Of a DNA stretch of 64,000 nucleotides, positions 1-9,327 are shown one piece after another (position 1 is the first letter of the stretch; every line of letters begins with the position of its first letter). The stretch is from an uncultured delta proteobacterium (lineage in GTDB: Bacteria; Desulfobacterota; RBG-13-43-22), in contig CAWDKY010000053.1 of the NCBI GenBank assembly GCA_963802945.1, forward strand, positions 128,001 through 192,000. The letters are read 5' to 3'. The notes beneath the pieces are model-generated. The model did not search any database, was not told the origin of the DNA, and saw nothing but the letters and a program-made list of their open reading frames with translations. The translations under genes were made by a program, and so were the position numbers.

Positions 1-456
1 CCACAGGTAGCTTTACCCCACTCTGTTGACCACGTTAAACCGGTGTCTCAAGTTAAAGACGTGCTGATAAATCAGGCGCTATTGGGCTCCTGCACAAATG
101 GCCGTCTCGAAGACCTCGAGATAGCCGCATCTCTTATTAAGGGGAGGAGAATACATGACCAGGTTCGTATGCTTGTTATTCCTGCTTCCTGGAACATATA
201 TCAACGCGCCTTGGCAAATGGGACACTCTCGACGCTGGTTGAAGCCGGCGCCTTGGTCTTAAATCCCGGATGTGGCCCTTGTTTTGGATCTTACGGAGGA
301 CTGCTTGCTCCTGGAGAACGCTGCATCTCTAGCACCAACAGAAATTTCAAAGGACGCATGGGCAGCAGTGAGGCAGAGGTATATTTGGCTTCACCCGCCA
401 CGGTCGCAGCGTCTGCCCTAACAGGCCAAATAACAGACCCGCGGGAAATTATGTAG
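1..456 (+). CDS. 3-isopropylmalate dehydratase/homoaconitase-family large subunit (LeuC/HacA/DmdA-like), 5' truncated by window
   Basis: GSCTNGRLEDL, NPGCGPCFG [4Fe-4S] cysteines, STNRNFKGRMG and YLASPATVAASA motifs. Confidence 0.9.
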   Translation, partial: PQVALPHSVDHVKPVSQVKDVLINQALLGSCTNGRLEDLEIAASLIKGRRIHDQVRMLVIPASWNIYQRALANGTLSTLVEAGALVLNPGCGPCFGSYGGLLAPGERCISSTNRNFKGRMGSSEAEVYLASPATVAASALTGQITDPREIM

Positions 457-471
457 GCAAGAGAGAGATCA

Positions 472-1011
472 ATGAATGAGATAAAAGGGAAAGTCTGGAA
501 ACTGGGAAACAATATTGATACAGATCTCATTGCACCTGGGCAGTATCTGGATGCTCCAATGGATGAGGTGGCCAAGCACGTATTTGAGAGTATTAGGCCA
601 GAATTTGCAAAAGAGGTGCATAAAGGTGACATCCTTATTGCGGGTAGAAATTTCGGATGCGGCTCAAGCCGGGAGAATGCCCCTGAGGCGCTTAAAAAGC
701 TAGGCATTGGCTGCATCGTAGCCGAATCATTTGCACGTATCTTCTTCCGCAATTCGATTGCGATAGGTCTTCCGGTTGTCATATGCCACAACATTTCATC
801 GGTGTTTAACGAAGGAGAAATTGCCAGCATAGACTTCAGACAAGCATGCATTCAGAATATTTCCAAAGGGGTCGAGATTCACGGTGAGACCTTCTCGGAT
901 GAAATATTGTCTATAGTGGAGAGCGGAGGAATCCTAGAAAAGATCAAACAGAATAGAAAATCATTGAAAGGAGGCAATTGTGAAACGCAAGAAATTACGG
1001 ACAAAGATTGA
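472..1011 (+). CDS. 3-isopropylmalate dehydratase-family small subunit (LeuD/HacB/DmdB-like)
   Basis: NIDTDLIAPGQYL, GRNFGCGSSRENA, SFARIFFRN motifs; follows the large subunit. Confidence 0.9.
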   Translation: MNEIKGKVWKLGNNIDTDLIAPGQYLDAPMDEVAKHVFESIRPEFAKEVHKGDILIAGRNFGCGSSRENAPEALKKLGIGCIVAESFARIFFRNSIAIGLPVVICHNISSVFNEGEIASIDFRQACIQNISKGVEIHGETFSDEILSIVESGGILEKIKQNRKSLKGGNCETQEITDKD

Positions 1012-1843
1012 AACTAAAAATTTTGTCCAGGCACCGGGCGTTTATGACTCTCTGACGGCGAAGATTGTTGAGGCGCAGGGGTTTGATGCCCTATACATGA
1101 CCGGCTACGGGACGGCAGCCAGCAAATTCGGGCTACCTGATACGGGATTCCTTACTCTAACCGAAATGGTGGATAACGCAGGCCGCATTGCCGATGCCGT
1201 AAATATCCCCCTGATCGCTGATGCCGATACGGGATACGGGAATGCCATAAACGTTGTACGCACGGTCCGCGAATTTGAGAAGGCCGGGGTGGCTGCCATC
1301 CATATTGAGGATCAGACCTGGCCCAAGCGATGTGGACATATGGCTGGCAAGAGCGTCATCGACGCCAAAGAGATGGTCGCGAAGATCAAAGCCGCGGTGG
1401 ATGCCCGTATAGATCCGAATTTTCTTATTATAGCCAGGACTGATGCACTCGCCACCCACGGATTTGAACAGGCCATCGAACGCGGACAGATGTATGCCCA
1501 GGCTGGCGCAGATATCCTCTTCATCGAGGCTCCAATTAATAAGGAGCAGGTTGAACAAATTCCACGGTTGCTATCTCCCAGGCCCACCCTTTTGAATTTG
1601 GCCCCCCGCACTCCAAATTTTTCCCGTGAAGAGATAGAAAACATGGGGTATGCCGTTGCTATCTATCCCGGGGTCTGTCTGGCCGCGGTGATTTCCGCCT
1701 GCACCGAGGAAGTAAAAAGGCTGAAGGAAACCGGCAAATCGCGTGATTGGGGCGACTCGTTGCAATCGTTTCTCGATCTCAATAATTTTTTGGGCGTCAA
1801 TTATTACAATGAACTGGAACAAAAGTATAAAGCCCAGGATTAA
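980..1843 (+). CDS. Isocitrate lyase/PEP mutase family C-C lyase (2,3-dimethylmalate lyase / 2-methylisocitrate lyase-like)
   Basis: YMTGYG, ADADTGYG, IEDQ..PKRCGH, ARTDA, FIEAP motifs; RBS AGGAGG before GTG 980. Confidence 0.88.
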   Translation: MKRKKLRTKIETKNFVQAPGVYDSLTAKIVEAQGFDALYMTGYGTAASKFGLPDTGFLTLTEMVDNAGRIADAVNIPLIADADTGYGNAINVVRTVREFEKAGVAAIHIEDQTWPKRCGHMAGKSVIDAKEMVAKIKAAVDARIDPNFLIIARTDALATHGFEQAIERGQMYAQAGADILFIEAPINKEQVEQIPRLLSPRPTLLNLAPRTPNFSREEIENMGYAVAIYPGVCLAAVISACTEEVKRLKETGKSRDWGDSLQSFLDLNNFLGVNYYNELEQKYKAQD

Positions 1844-1909
1844 ACGGACCATCGGCCTTCCGGCCAAGTGAAGGCTGGTGTAAGAATAAAAATAAAATTG
1901 GAGGAAATT

Positions 1910-3349
1910 GTGGATAGATTAAAAGTGTCGGCCTCTCGTGAGGCAAGTGATCCCAACGGGCCGACTGGACGTCTGGCGACATGGTTGACAAATCTTAAAC
2001 TGGAGGATGTACCAGCCCCCGTACAAGAAAGGGCCAAATACCTGATGCTGGATGGACTGGGATGTGCCATCGTTGGAGCCAAATTACCGTGGTCGATTAC
2101 AGCGGTAGATACCGTGTTACCTCTCGAAGGCCGGGGTGATAAGACGGTCATCGGCTGGGGAATAAAGACCAGCACGCCCGGGGCCGCTCTTTTAAACGGT
2201 ACATTTATCCAGGGCTTTGAGCTTGATGATTTCCATCCCCTTGGCATTCTCCACAATGCATCGTTAGTGGTTCCGTCTTTACTGGCTTGCGCCGAGCAAA
2301 TCGGAGATGTCAACGGAGATCAACTTCTCAAGGGGATGATCGCCGGTTTTGAAGTAGGTCCCAGGGTCGGCATGGCCTTACATGGCGGTGAAATGTTGAC
2401 TAGGGGATGGCATAGCGGATCGGTTTTTGGAACGTTCGCCAGTGCTGCCGCCGCAGGCACCCTTCTTAAGCTTGATCCCGCCGGATTTGAGGACGCCCTG
2501 GGCCTGGCCGGGACACAGTCCGCCGGATTGATGGCCGCGGAGTTTGAAGCCATGAGCAAGCGCATGCACCATGGTTTCAGCTCCCGGAACGGTCTCTATG
2601 CGGCCTTTCTGGCGGCCGGCGGTTACACAGGTATAAAGCGGGTCTTTGAACGCCCTTATGGAGGTTTTCTTTCCACCTCCGGCGAAGGGCACTCCCCTGA
2701 CGAGTCACAAATCTGTGATACGCTGGGCAAGGTATGGGAAACAGATCGCATCACCCTTAAGCCCTACGCGGCCCAGGGCGGACTTCATAACCCACTGGAC
2801 TGCCTATTCGAAATCAGCACCAAGCGGCCTCTCCATGCCGATGAAATAGAAAGCATCGATATCGAGCTCTCGGAATCCATGTTCCATCATGGATGGTGGA
2901 TTTTAGAACGCCCCTTATCGACTATTGGAGCGCAAATGAACGTTGCTTATGTCATCGCTGTGGCGATATTGGACGGGGCCGTCCTGGTTCAGCAGTTTTC
3001 GCCGCACCGCATTGGTAGCGATGATGTCTGGGAACTCATTCCCAAAATTACCGCCCATCATAACCCGGAGTTTGACGCTCTCGGTCCTATGGGCCGCGGG
3101 CGCACCCGTTTAAAGATAAAATTCAAGGATGTCAGCATCCTTGAATCGATCAGGATGGTTCCCCGTTCCATCGAAAAGCCCCTCAGTAATCAGGAGATAG
3201 CAGAGAAATACCGGGCTTTGACCCATGGACTGATTGATCAACACCGGCAGGCGGAGATTGAAGCGAAAGTGGTCTCCTTGGAAAAACTGCGCAATATCAG
3301 GGAATTAATCGCCTTGCTGGCCGATCCGGTAGGATCTGCCTTCGAATAG
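1910..3349 (+). CDS. MmgE/PrpD-family protein resembling fungal cis-aconitate decarboxylase CadA
   Basis: GTG at 1910 after GGAGG; ERAKYLMLDG, FIQGFELDDFH..LH.AS, GFEVGPR, GWH.G.VFG, EDALG.AGTQ..GLM, KRMHHGF..RNG, ERP.S.IG.QM.VAY segments recall Aspergillus terreus CadA. Confidence 0.8.
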   Translation: MDRLKVSASREASDPNGPTGRLATWLTNLKLEDVPAPVQERAKYLMLDGLGCAIVGAKLPWSITAVDTVLPLEGRGDKTVIGWGIKTSTPGAALLNGTFIQGFELDDFHPLGILHNASLVVPSLLACAEQIGDVNGDQLLKGMIAGFEVGPRVGMALHGGEMLTRGWHSGSVFGTFASAAAAGTLLKLDPAGFEDALGLAGTQSAGLMAAEFEAMSKRMHHGFSSRNGLYAAFLAAGGYTGIKRVFERPYGGFLSTSGEGHSPDESQICDTLGKVWETDRITLKPYAAQGGLHNPLDCLFEISTKRPLHADEIESIDIELSESMFHHGWWILERPLSTIGAQMNVAYVIAVAILDGAVLVQQFSPHRIGSDDVWELIPKITAHHNPEFDALGPMGRGRTRLKIKFKDVSILESIRMVPRSIEKPLSNQEIAEKYRALTHGLIDQHRQAEIEAKVVSLEKLRNIRELIALLADPVGSAFE

Positions 3350-3385
3350 CCATGGTTCCGTCCACAAACAATAAAAGAGGTGATC

Positions 3386-3410
3386 TGGGGTGGTCCCCAA
3401 AAATTGGACA
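3386..3410 (+). mobile_element. Possible solo IS3-family terminal inverted repeat
   Basis: TGGGGTGGTCCCCAAAAATTGGACA resembles IS3-family ends (TG...CCCC.AAAA.TGGACA); no transposase nearby. Confidence 0.35.
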
Positions 3411-3719
3411 AGGTGATAAGCCCTGAGTTAGCCCAAAGGAAGCGGCGATGTCCAACCATTTCTCCCATATTTCCATCCGTACTCGTTAATTTTTCGGTTT
3501 ATCTGTTTAAAGCATTAGTAGGTGTACTCGAGGAATTCGCTAAAGTAAGACCATTTTCGAGAAAACTTGAGGGCTTCTTCCTGTAATGTTGTTTTTCTTA
3601 TTTTATAAATTTATGCAACCTTTCAATCAGAAATAATCAAAAAAGCTGAACTCAAAATTAATATGTGGTACAAGTATTTGGGACAGGTATGCTTCAATAC
3701 AAAATAGCAGGGTGGCGTA

Positions 3720-4109
3720 ATGAATAAACAATTACGAAGCATAATTGCGGTAATACTCACTTGCATTTGGGTGAATGCATCTGAGTTTTTTAGAAATGAG
3801 ATTCTTCTAAAAACATATTGGGTTGACCATTATCAATCACTCGGAAATGCTTTTCCCTCTGAACCGAAGAATGGAATGATATGGTTTGCATGGGGATTAT
3901 TGTTTGCCATAGCTATTTATTTAATCTCAAAAAAATTCAATTTAATACAAATGGCACTCATCAGTTGGCTTATGGCATTTGTTTTGATGTGGGTTGTTAC
4001 TTTGAATCTAAACGTACTCCCAATTGCTATTCTTATTTATGCTGTTCCACTGAGTCTGTTTGAAGCCTTTCTGGGTTCTTATATTTGTATAAAGATATCT
4101 CCAAATTAA
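3720..4109 (+). CDS. AT-rich small integral membrane protein (about 4 TM), probable former gene cassette
   Basis: 129 aa with four hydrophobic segments; AT-rich; followed by attC-like site. Confidence 0.7.
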   Translation: MNKQLRSIIAVILTCIWVNASEFFRNEILLKTYWVDHYQSLGNAFPSEPKNGMIWFAWGLLFAIAIYLISKKFNLIQMALISWLMAFVLMWVVTLNLNVLPIAILIYAVPLSLFEAFLGSYICIKISPN

Positions 4110-4115
4110 TTGAAC

Positions 4116-4173
4116 ACATAACCCACCAATCAACCGGACGACTTTCATTAAGCGGTTATCCGTGGCGTTTCAT
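4116..4173 (+). mobile_element. Degenerate attC-like site
   Basis: ACATAAC-CCACCAATCAACCGGACG...GCGGTTATCCGTGGC-GTTTCAT just after the stop codon; right core poor. Confidence 0.4.
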
Positions 4174-4286
4174 CTTTAAAATAATAATTTATCAAATTAA
4201 GACATTTCAAAGTCGTTTGTTTTCTTCCATTAATATAAAAAAGGAGGTTCTTATCAATAAAGAATACCTGTGACGAAAAATAATCC

Positions 4287-4334
4287 TTGACAAACAATAA
4301 ATGTGTGGATATATATATGCATAAGAACATATAT
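4287..4334 (+). promoter_or_regulatory. Sigma70 promoter of padR-like gene overlapped by a palindromic candidate operator
   Basis: TTGACA (4287) -17 bp- TATATA (4310); ATATATG-N8-CATATAT at 4313-4334. Confidence 0.55.
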
Positions 4335-4357
4335 TCACCATAACATAATGAGAAAAA

Positions 4358-4927
4358 ATGTCTTTACCGCACGCACTGCTCGGATTGCTGAGTTACAGAC
4401 CAACGACCGGATATGATTTGAAATTGGCTTTTGCCAGTTCAATCGGAATGTTCTGGGACGCTTCCTTGCCCCAAATTTACAGGACTTTAGGACAAATGGG
4501 AAAAAACGGCTGGTTGTCTTATCGTATCGAGCAACAAAACGGCAAACCAAACCGTAAAATCTATAGCCTTACCGCTTCAGGCAAAAAAGAATTAAATGAA
4601 TGGTTAAGTAAGCCGCTGGAATTTCCTAAGGTAAGAAAGAATGAGATGCTGATAAAAATATTCTTCGGCAACAAAATCAGCAAGAAAGATTTAATAAAAC
4701 ATTTCAAAGAATGGCGTGGCAGTGCAGCCTCATTGCAAAAAAAATTAGAAAAGGACGTCAAGCCGATTGTCGCTCACTATGGTGACGTAACAGGCGCAAA
4801 GAATGATATGTATTTCTGGCTTTTAACCGCTGATTATGGACGGCGGCACGCCAAAATGATTGTGGAATGGTGTGATTCCGCGTTGGATTTTCTAGAAAAA
4901 GGGGAAAAGATTAAAATTAATAGATAA
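4358..4927 (+). CDS. PadR-family transcriptional regulator with C-terminal dimerisation (AphA/Vir_act-like) domain
   Basis: MSLPHALLGLL..P.TGYDL, FW.AS..QIY..L, KPNRKIY.LT..G. Confidence 0.92.
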   Translation: MSLPHALLGLLSYRPTTGYDLKLAFASSIGMFWDASLPQIYRTLGQMGKNGWLSYRIEQQNGKPNRKIYSLTASGKKELNEWLSKPLEFPKVRKNEMLIKIFFGNKISKKDLIKHFKEWRGSAASLQKKLEKDVKPIVAHYGDVTGAKNDMYFWLLTADYGRRHAKMIVEWCDSALDFLEKGEKIKINR

Positions 4928-5061
4928 GAAAACAACTTGTGAATTTTAAAATTATCCGGGAGGAGTTATTTCATCATTTGGAGACTTTAGATTTAAAAAT
5001 ATTTTTGGAAGAAATAATATCTGTTCAATAATTGCATCACATAAATCATGAGGAGGATGAA

Positions 5062-6126
5062 ATGAAAGTATTGGCCCTTAATTCCAGTGCCAGAGTCGGG
5101 GATGTGAGCAAAACAGAAATTATGCTGGACTGTCTGGTCCATGGGATGCGTGAGGCCGGGGCCGAAGTAGAAGTCATTAACCTGCAAAAAAAGAAAATCA
5201 GATACTGCAGCGGATGTTTCACCTGCTGGACCAAAACTCCCGGTCTGTGCATTCACAAAGATGATATGACCAAGGAAATCTTTCCCAAATGGTTAGCCTG
5301 CGACCTGTGTGTGCTGGCTACCCCCCTTTTTCATTATACCATCAATGCCCTAATGAAAACCTTTATCGAAAGAACCCTTCCGGCCGCCTTGCCTTTTTTC
5401 GTGGAAAGAGACGGGGTCACAAGGCATCCTCGTCGGTACGAATTGCCTTTGGTGGCTGTAGTTTCCGTGGCCGGGTTTCCCGAGGAAAGTGTTTTCGATC
5501 AGCTCAAGCCTTATATAAACTTCTTATTCAGAGACCGATTGGTAGCTGAAATTTATAGAACCTCGGCGGAAATCCTTCGAGCCGACACCAAGAACGAAAA
5601 ACTAAGGGACATCCTTGCGGCCACAATCCAGGCGGGAAAAGAATTAGTTAAAACTGGAAAAATTTCTCCGGAGACCATGGAAAGGATCAAAAACCCCATA
5701 ACCGACTTCAAAAAAATGGCACCGATTGGAAATTGCGCCTGGCAAACCTGTATTGACGAGAGAGTTACCATGGGAGAATTTCAAAAACGGAATATGGTGC
5801 CCCGTCCCGATTCGATTGGAACATTCCTGGCTATCATGAAGATGGCTTTCAACCCCACAAAGGCTGGAGATGCCAAAGTGACCATGCAGTACAACTTCTC
5901 CGGCCAGGTGGAAGGCCGCTGTTATTTTTCCATTGAGAATGGAGAATTAAAGGCAGAGGAGGGGCAAATTGCCAACCCTGACTTGACTATTGAAACACCT
6001 TTTGAAGTTTGGATGGATATCCTTACCGGTAAAGCCGAAGGGGCTCAGATGCTGATGGACGGCAAATATTCAGTCTCCGGCCAAACAGACCTGCTTCTCA
6101 AAATGAACCAATTCTTCGGGGAATGA
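5062..6126 (+). CDS. Iron-sulfur flavoprotein/NAD(P)H-dependent FMN reductase fused to C-terminal SCP2 lipid-binding domain
   Basis: ATG 5062 after GAGGAGG; CSGCFTCW..TPG.C..KDDM, ATPLFHY; C-terminal FNP.KAG...QY.FSG...PDLTI SCP2 pattern. Confidence 0.85.
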   Translation: MKVLALNSSARVGDVSKTEIMLDCLVHGMREAGAEVEVINLQKKKIRYCSGCFTCWTKTPGLCIHKDDMTKEIFPKWLACDLCVLATPLFHYTINALMKTFIERTLPAALPFFVERDGVTRHPRRYELPLVAVVSVAGFPEESVFDQLKPYINFLFRDRLVAEIYRTSAEILRADTKNEKLRDILAATIQAGKELVKTGKISPETMERIKNPITDFKKMAPIGNCAWQTCIDERVTMGEFQKRNMVPRPDSIGTFLAIMKMAFNPTKAGDAKVTMQYNFSGQVEGRCYFSIENGELKAEEGQIANPDLTIETPFEVWMDILTGKAEGAQMLMDGKYSVSGQTDLLLKMNQFFGE

Positions 6127-6171
6127 ACTATGACGGCTTCTCAAAATGAGGCGTGCATTCCGGACCGCTGC

Positions 6172-6299
6172 CGGCTACAGTTGGCCGAACTGCTCAGGCC
6201 ATAAGCCACCTCGACTTTTCCAACGCTGAGTTCCATGACATGAAAATGCAGCCATCCCTGGAAAGAGCATTGAGGCATAAAGAGATATTAAAGGAATAA
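6172..6299 (+). pseudogene. Degenerate 3' fragment of a TPR-like protein (copy A)
   Basis: RLQLAELL / AISHLDFSNAEFHDMKMQPSLERALRHKEILKE*, homologous to 9390-9656. Confidence 0.7.
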
Positions 6300-6383
6300 G
6301 ATTATGGCCTTGCCTTTTTACGCACATTTCAATCGGAGCATTGCCTGGTTGGAACGCATCAAATCTTAATAAGGAGCAAGGAA

Positions 6384-7748
6384 ATGACAACTGCAGCGGA
6401 AGCATTAAGCGAATTCACCTATAATCTCAAGTACGAAGATCTTTCGAATGGCGTTGTTAAAAAAAGTAAGCAATTACTCCTGGACACTCTGGGCTGCGCG
6501 CTCGGCGGATACTTAAGCGAGCCAAGCCGTATTGTGCGAAGCATGGTCAAGGATCTGGGGGGCAGACCCGAAGCGACTGTTATCGGGAGCGGAGACAGGA
6601 CTTCCAGCCCGAACGCTGTTCTGGCAAATTGTGTCATGGTTCGGTATCTGGATTTTATGGATATTTACTTTAATAAGGATGGTTGTCATCCAAGTGAGAA
6701 CATTCCTACGGCTTTAGCCGTGGGAGAACGGACCCAAGCCCTTGGCAAGGACCTGTTAACGGCCATCGTGATTGGATTCGAAATACAGCAGCGGTTCGCC
6801 GACGCCATACCCTGTCATTTATTACAATGGCATCATGTGACCATTGCCGGATATGTTACACCTCTGATAGCCGGCAAGTTGCTCGGGTTGAACCAAGATC
6901 AATTAACCCATGCCGTCGGCATTTCTGGGAGTCATAATCACGCCCTTGCTGACTTACTGGGCGAATGGTGGCGAGGGACTGGCCAAATCAGTATGATGAA
7001 GGCTATTGGTTATGGATTCGGTTCCCAGAGCGGGATCATAGCTGCACTCCTGGCCCAGAAGGGCTTTACCGGGCCGAACACGATCATTGAGAGTTTTGGC
7101 CGGGTGGTGGCCAAGGAAGAGAACTTGGCCCCAATCATTAGCGGTGGGGATCGATTTAAAATTCTAGATACCAGTCTCAAGGCCTATCCCTCCGAGTACC
7201 TATCGCAAAGTTCCTTAGACGCCATGTTCGAGTTGATCAGGAAGCACAACATCCAAGCTGAGGACGTCGAAGCTATCAATATCAAAACCCACTCATACGT
7301 ATCCATCCTGACCCAGCTGTCATCCTACAAACCAGAAACACGGGAGTCTGCAGACCACAGCCTGCCTTACTGTCTAGCTGTGGGCCTGATCGAGGGCGAG
7401 CTTGGACCGGACCAGTTCAAACGAGAACAATGGAAGGACCCAAAGGTCCTTGACTTGATGTCTAGGATCAAGATCGAGATCGATAAGGAACTTAGCGCAC
7501 TCTATCCCCCGGCCAGACCGGTGATCCTGGAAATCAGAATTAAGAATGGAGAATGCTATAAAACCCGCGTAGATTATCCACGGGGCGATCCGCATAACCC
7601 GATGACGGACAAGGAAACCGAGGCCAAGTTTAAGAAACTGGCCGGGAATTTAATCCAGGAGAGTCAGATGCGGGAGATTATTGACCTTGTCAATCATATC
7701 GAAGAGATTTCCAACGTGTCGGAATTGATGGAGCATCTGGTTGTTTAA
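6384..7748 (+). CDS. MmgE/PrpD-family protein (2-methylcitrate dehydratase-like)
   Basis: LLDTLGCALG, VRYLDFMD...CHPSEN, RESADHSLPY, YPRGDP.NP. Confidence 0.88.
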   Translation: MTTAAEALSEFTYNLKYEDLSNGVVKKSKQLLLDTLGCALGGYLSEPSRIVRSMVKDLGGRPEATVIGSGDRTSSPNAVLANCVMVRYLDFMDIYFNKDGCHPSENIPTALAVGERTQALGKDLLTAIVIGFEIQQRFADAIPCHLLQWHHVTIAGYVTPLIAGKLLGLNQDQLTHAVGISGSHNHALADLLGEWWRGTGQISMMKAIGYGFGSQSGIIAALLAQKGFTGPNTIIESFGRVVAKEENLAPIISGGDRFKILDTSLKAYPSEYLSQSSLDAMFELIRKHNIQAEDVEAINIKTHSYVSILTQLSSYKPETRESADHSLPYCLAVGLIEGELGPDQFKREQWKDPKVLDLMSRIKIEIDKELSALYPPARPVILEIRIKNGECYKTRVDYPRGDPHNPMTDKETEAKFKKLAGNLIQESQMREIIDLVNHIEEISNVSELMEHLVV

Positions 7749-7807
7749 TCAAGGGTTGGAATGCCGTTACCCATAACAACCTGTTTGGATGTATGGCAGG
7801 GCGATGA

Positions 7808-7877
7808 GCATCTTCAGCAAGTAGGAGACACAAAGGGCTTTTTTTAGTTTGTAGATATTAGTATTGGCCTGCGTGGA
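7808..7877 (+). repeat. About 70-bp direct repeat, copy B1
   Basis: GCATCTTCAGCAAGTAGGAGACACAAAGGGCTTTTTTTAGTTTGTAGATATTAGTATTGGCCTGCGTGGA; 4 differences from 9328-9398. Confidence 0.9.
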
Positions 7878-7956
7878 CGACTTTCTCACAGGGAATTTTG
7901 GCCTGATTTTTGGCCGTCGTTAATACTTAATATTTGGGTAAAAGGAGGAATTAAAT

Positions 7957-9186
7957 ATGATTAAAAAAACGATTCACCTGATACTTGTTATTGCTGTTGC
8001 CGTTTCTTTCTGGGTTTGTTTTGACACTTTATCCGCTGCGGCGGCGGATCCGTCCCTCAGCCCTTTTCAAGATGTGGAGAACTTCGGACCACTAAGAAGG
8101 CTAATGGTCTGGTCGCCGAGACAAAAACTGGCCGGCTTCCGAAACATAAATAAACTCTATCCAACCAGAAAGGTCGAGCGGGGGGACCATGTCTATCCCC
8201 TTTGTCAAGAGCCCATAGATTTATCCGGGGTGCGCTACGAGGTTAACGGAAAAACATATACGTTTAATGATTTTATCTCTCACAATAAGGTTGTGGGGTT
8301 TTTGGTCATTAAAAATGATCGAATCGTGGCAGAACGTTATGAAATGGGGAATACGGACACCGCACGGTGGATCGCCTTTTCCGTTACCAAATCAGTGGTT
8401 CCCTTGTTGGTGGGGGCGGCGATTCATGATGGCTTCATCAAAAGCATCGATGATAAATTAACCGATTATATCCCTCAATTAAAAGGATCAGCCTATGATG
8501 CAGTTTCCATTCGGAACTTGCTTCAGATGGCGTCGGGAGTGGAATGGAATGAAGATTACATGGACCCCAAATCAGATGTGAATACCATGCCTATGAGCGA
8601 CATGGTGAAGTTTTACGAGTTTCTCAGCAAGAAAAAGCGGGTAGCCAAGCCGGGTGAGAAATTTAACTATAATACCGCTGAAACAAGTCTTGCGGGAGCG
8701 GTAGTGCGAGCTGCCATTGGAAATAACCTGTCCACTTATCTGTCGAATAAAATCTGGGAGCCTTTTGGAATGGAATCAGACGGCTACTGGTGGCTTCAAG
8801 GACCGGGCGGAGGTGAGATTGCCGGAATGGGTCTCAATGTAACCCTCCGAGATTTTGGACGTCTCGGGCTCTTTGCCTTGAATGAGGGAAAACTTGCCAA
8901 TGGCGTCCGCGTCCTGCCTGAGAATTGGATGAAAGAATCAACAACTCCATCCAAAGGCTATCCGGGCTATGGCTATTTCTGGTGGCTTGGGATGAATGGG
9001 AAAAAAAATGTTTATTCAGCACGGGGAATTTTCGGCCAGCTCATATACATCGATCCGGATCAGAATCTGGTCATCGCCACTCAGAGTATATGGGACTACC
9101 CTGTGTCAGATTTATTTGAGTCGCATCGGAATGCATTTGTGACCGCGGTTGATGATTATCTCCGCACCCATGGGCCTAAAAATTGA
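7957..9186 (+). CDS. Secreted serine hydrolase, class C beta-lactamase/NylB (6-aminohexanoate-dimer hydrolase)-like
   Basis: Signal peptide ending AAAA; FSVTKS (SxxK), FNYNT, GYGYFWW, ARGIFGQ. Confidence 0.88.
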   Translation: MIKKTIHLILVIAVAVSFWVCFDTLSAAAADPSLSPFQDVENFGPLRRLMVWSPRQKLAGFRNINKLYPTRKVERGDHVYPLCQEPIDLSGVRYEVNGKTYTFNDFISHNKVVGFLVIKNDRIVAERYEMGNTDTARWIAFSVTKSVVPLLVGAAIHDGFIKSIDDKLTDYIPQLKGSAYDAVSIRNLLQMASGVEWNEDYMDPKSDVNTMPMSDMVKFYEFLSKKKRVAKPGEKFNYNTAETSLAGAVVRAAIGNNLSTYLSNKIWEPFGMESDGYWWLQGPGGGEIAGMGLNVTLRDFGRLGLFALNEGKLANGVRVLPENWMKESTTPSKGYPGYGYFWWLGMNGKKNVYSARGIFGQLIYIDPDQNLVIATQSIWDYPVSDLFESHRNAFVTAVDDYLRTHGPKN

Positions 9187-9189
9187 AAA

Positions 9190-9325
9190 AGAAAGTCCTT
9201 GGTCAACTCCAGGCATCTTTATTATGAGCATTAACCTTGCCAAGCGCAGAGACATGTTACAAAAATTATCTAATGTGAAATGGGATATTTTGGTTTTTGA
9301 TAAAAGCCATTTGTTATTGAATGGT
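9190..9325 (+). pseudogene. Fragment resembling the SNF2-like helicase motif II region
   Basis: ESPWSTPGIFIMSINLAKRRDML..LSNVKWDILVFDKSHLL resembles the PW...SID.AK......WDL.I.DEAH pattern. Confidence 0.45.
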
Positions 9326-9327
9326 GT

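Noticed and set aside
7846-7856. AGTTTGTAGAT in the 70-bp repeat resembles the 3' end of a Cas12a direct repeat
   Set aside because: Only two copies 1.5 kb apart, no TCTAC stem partner, no spacers and no cas genes.
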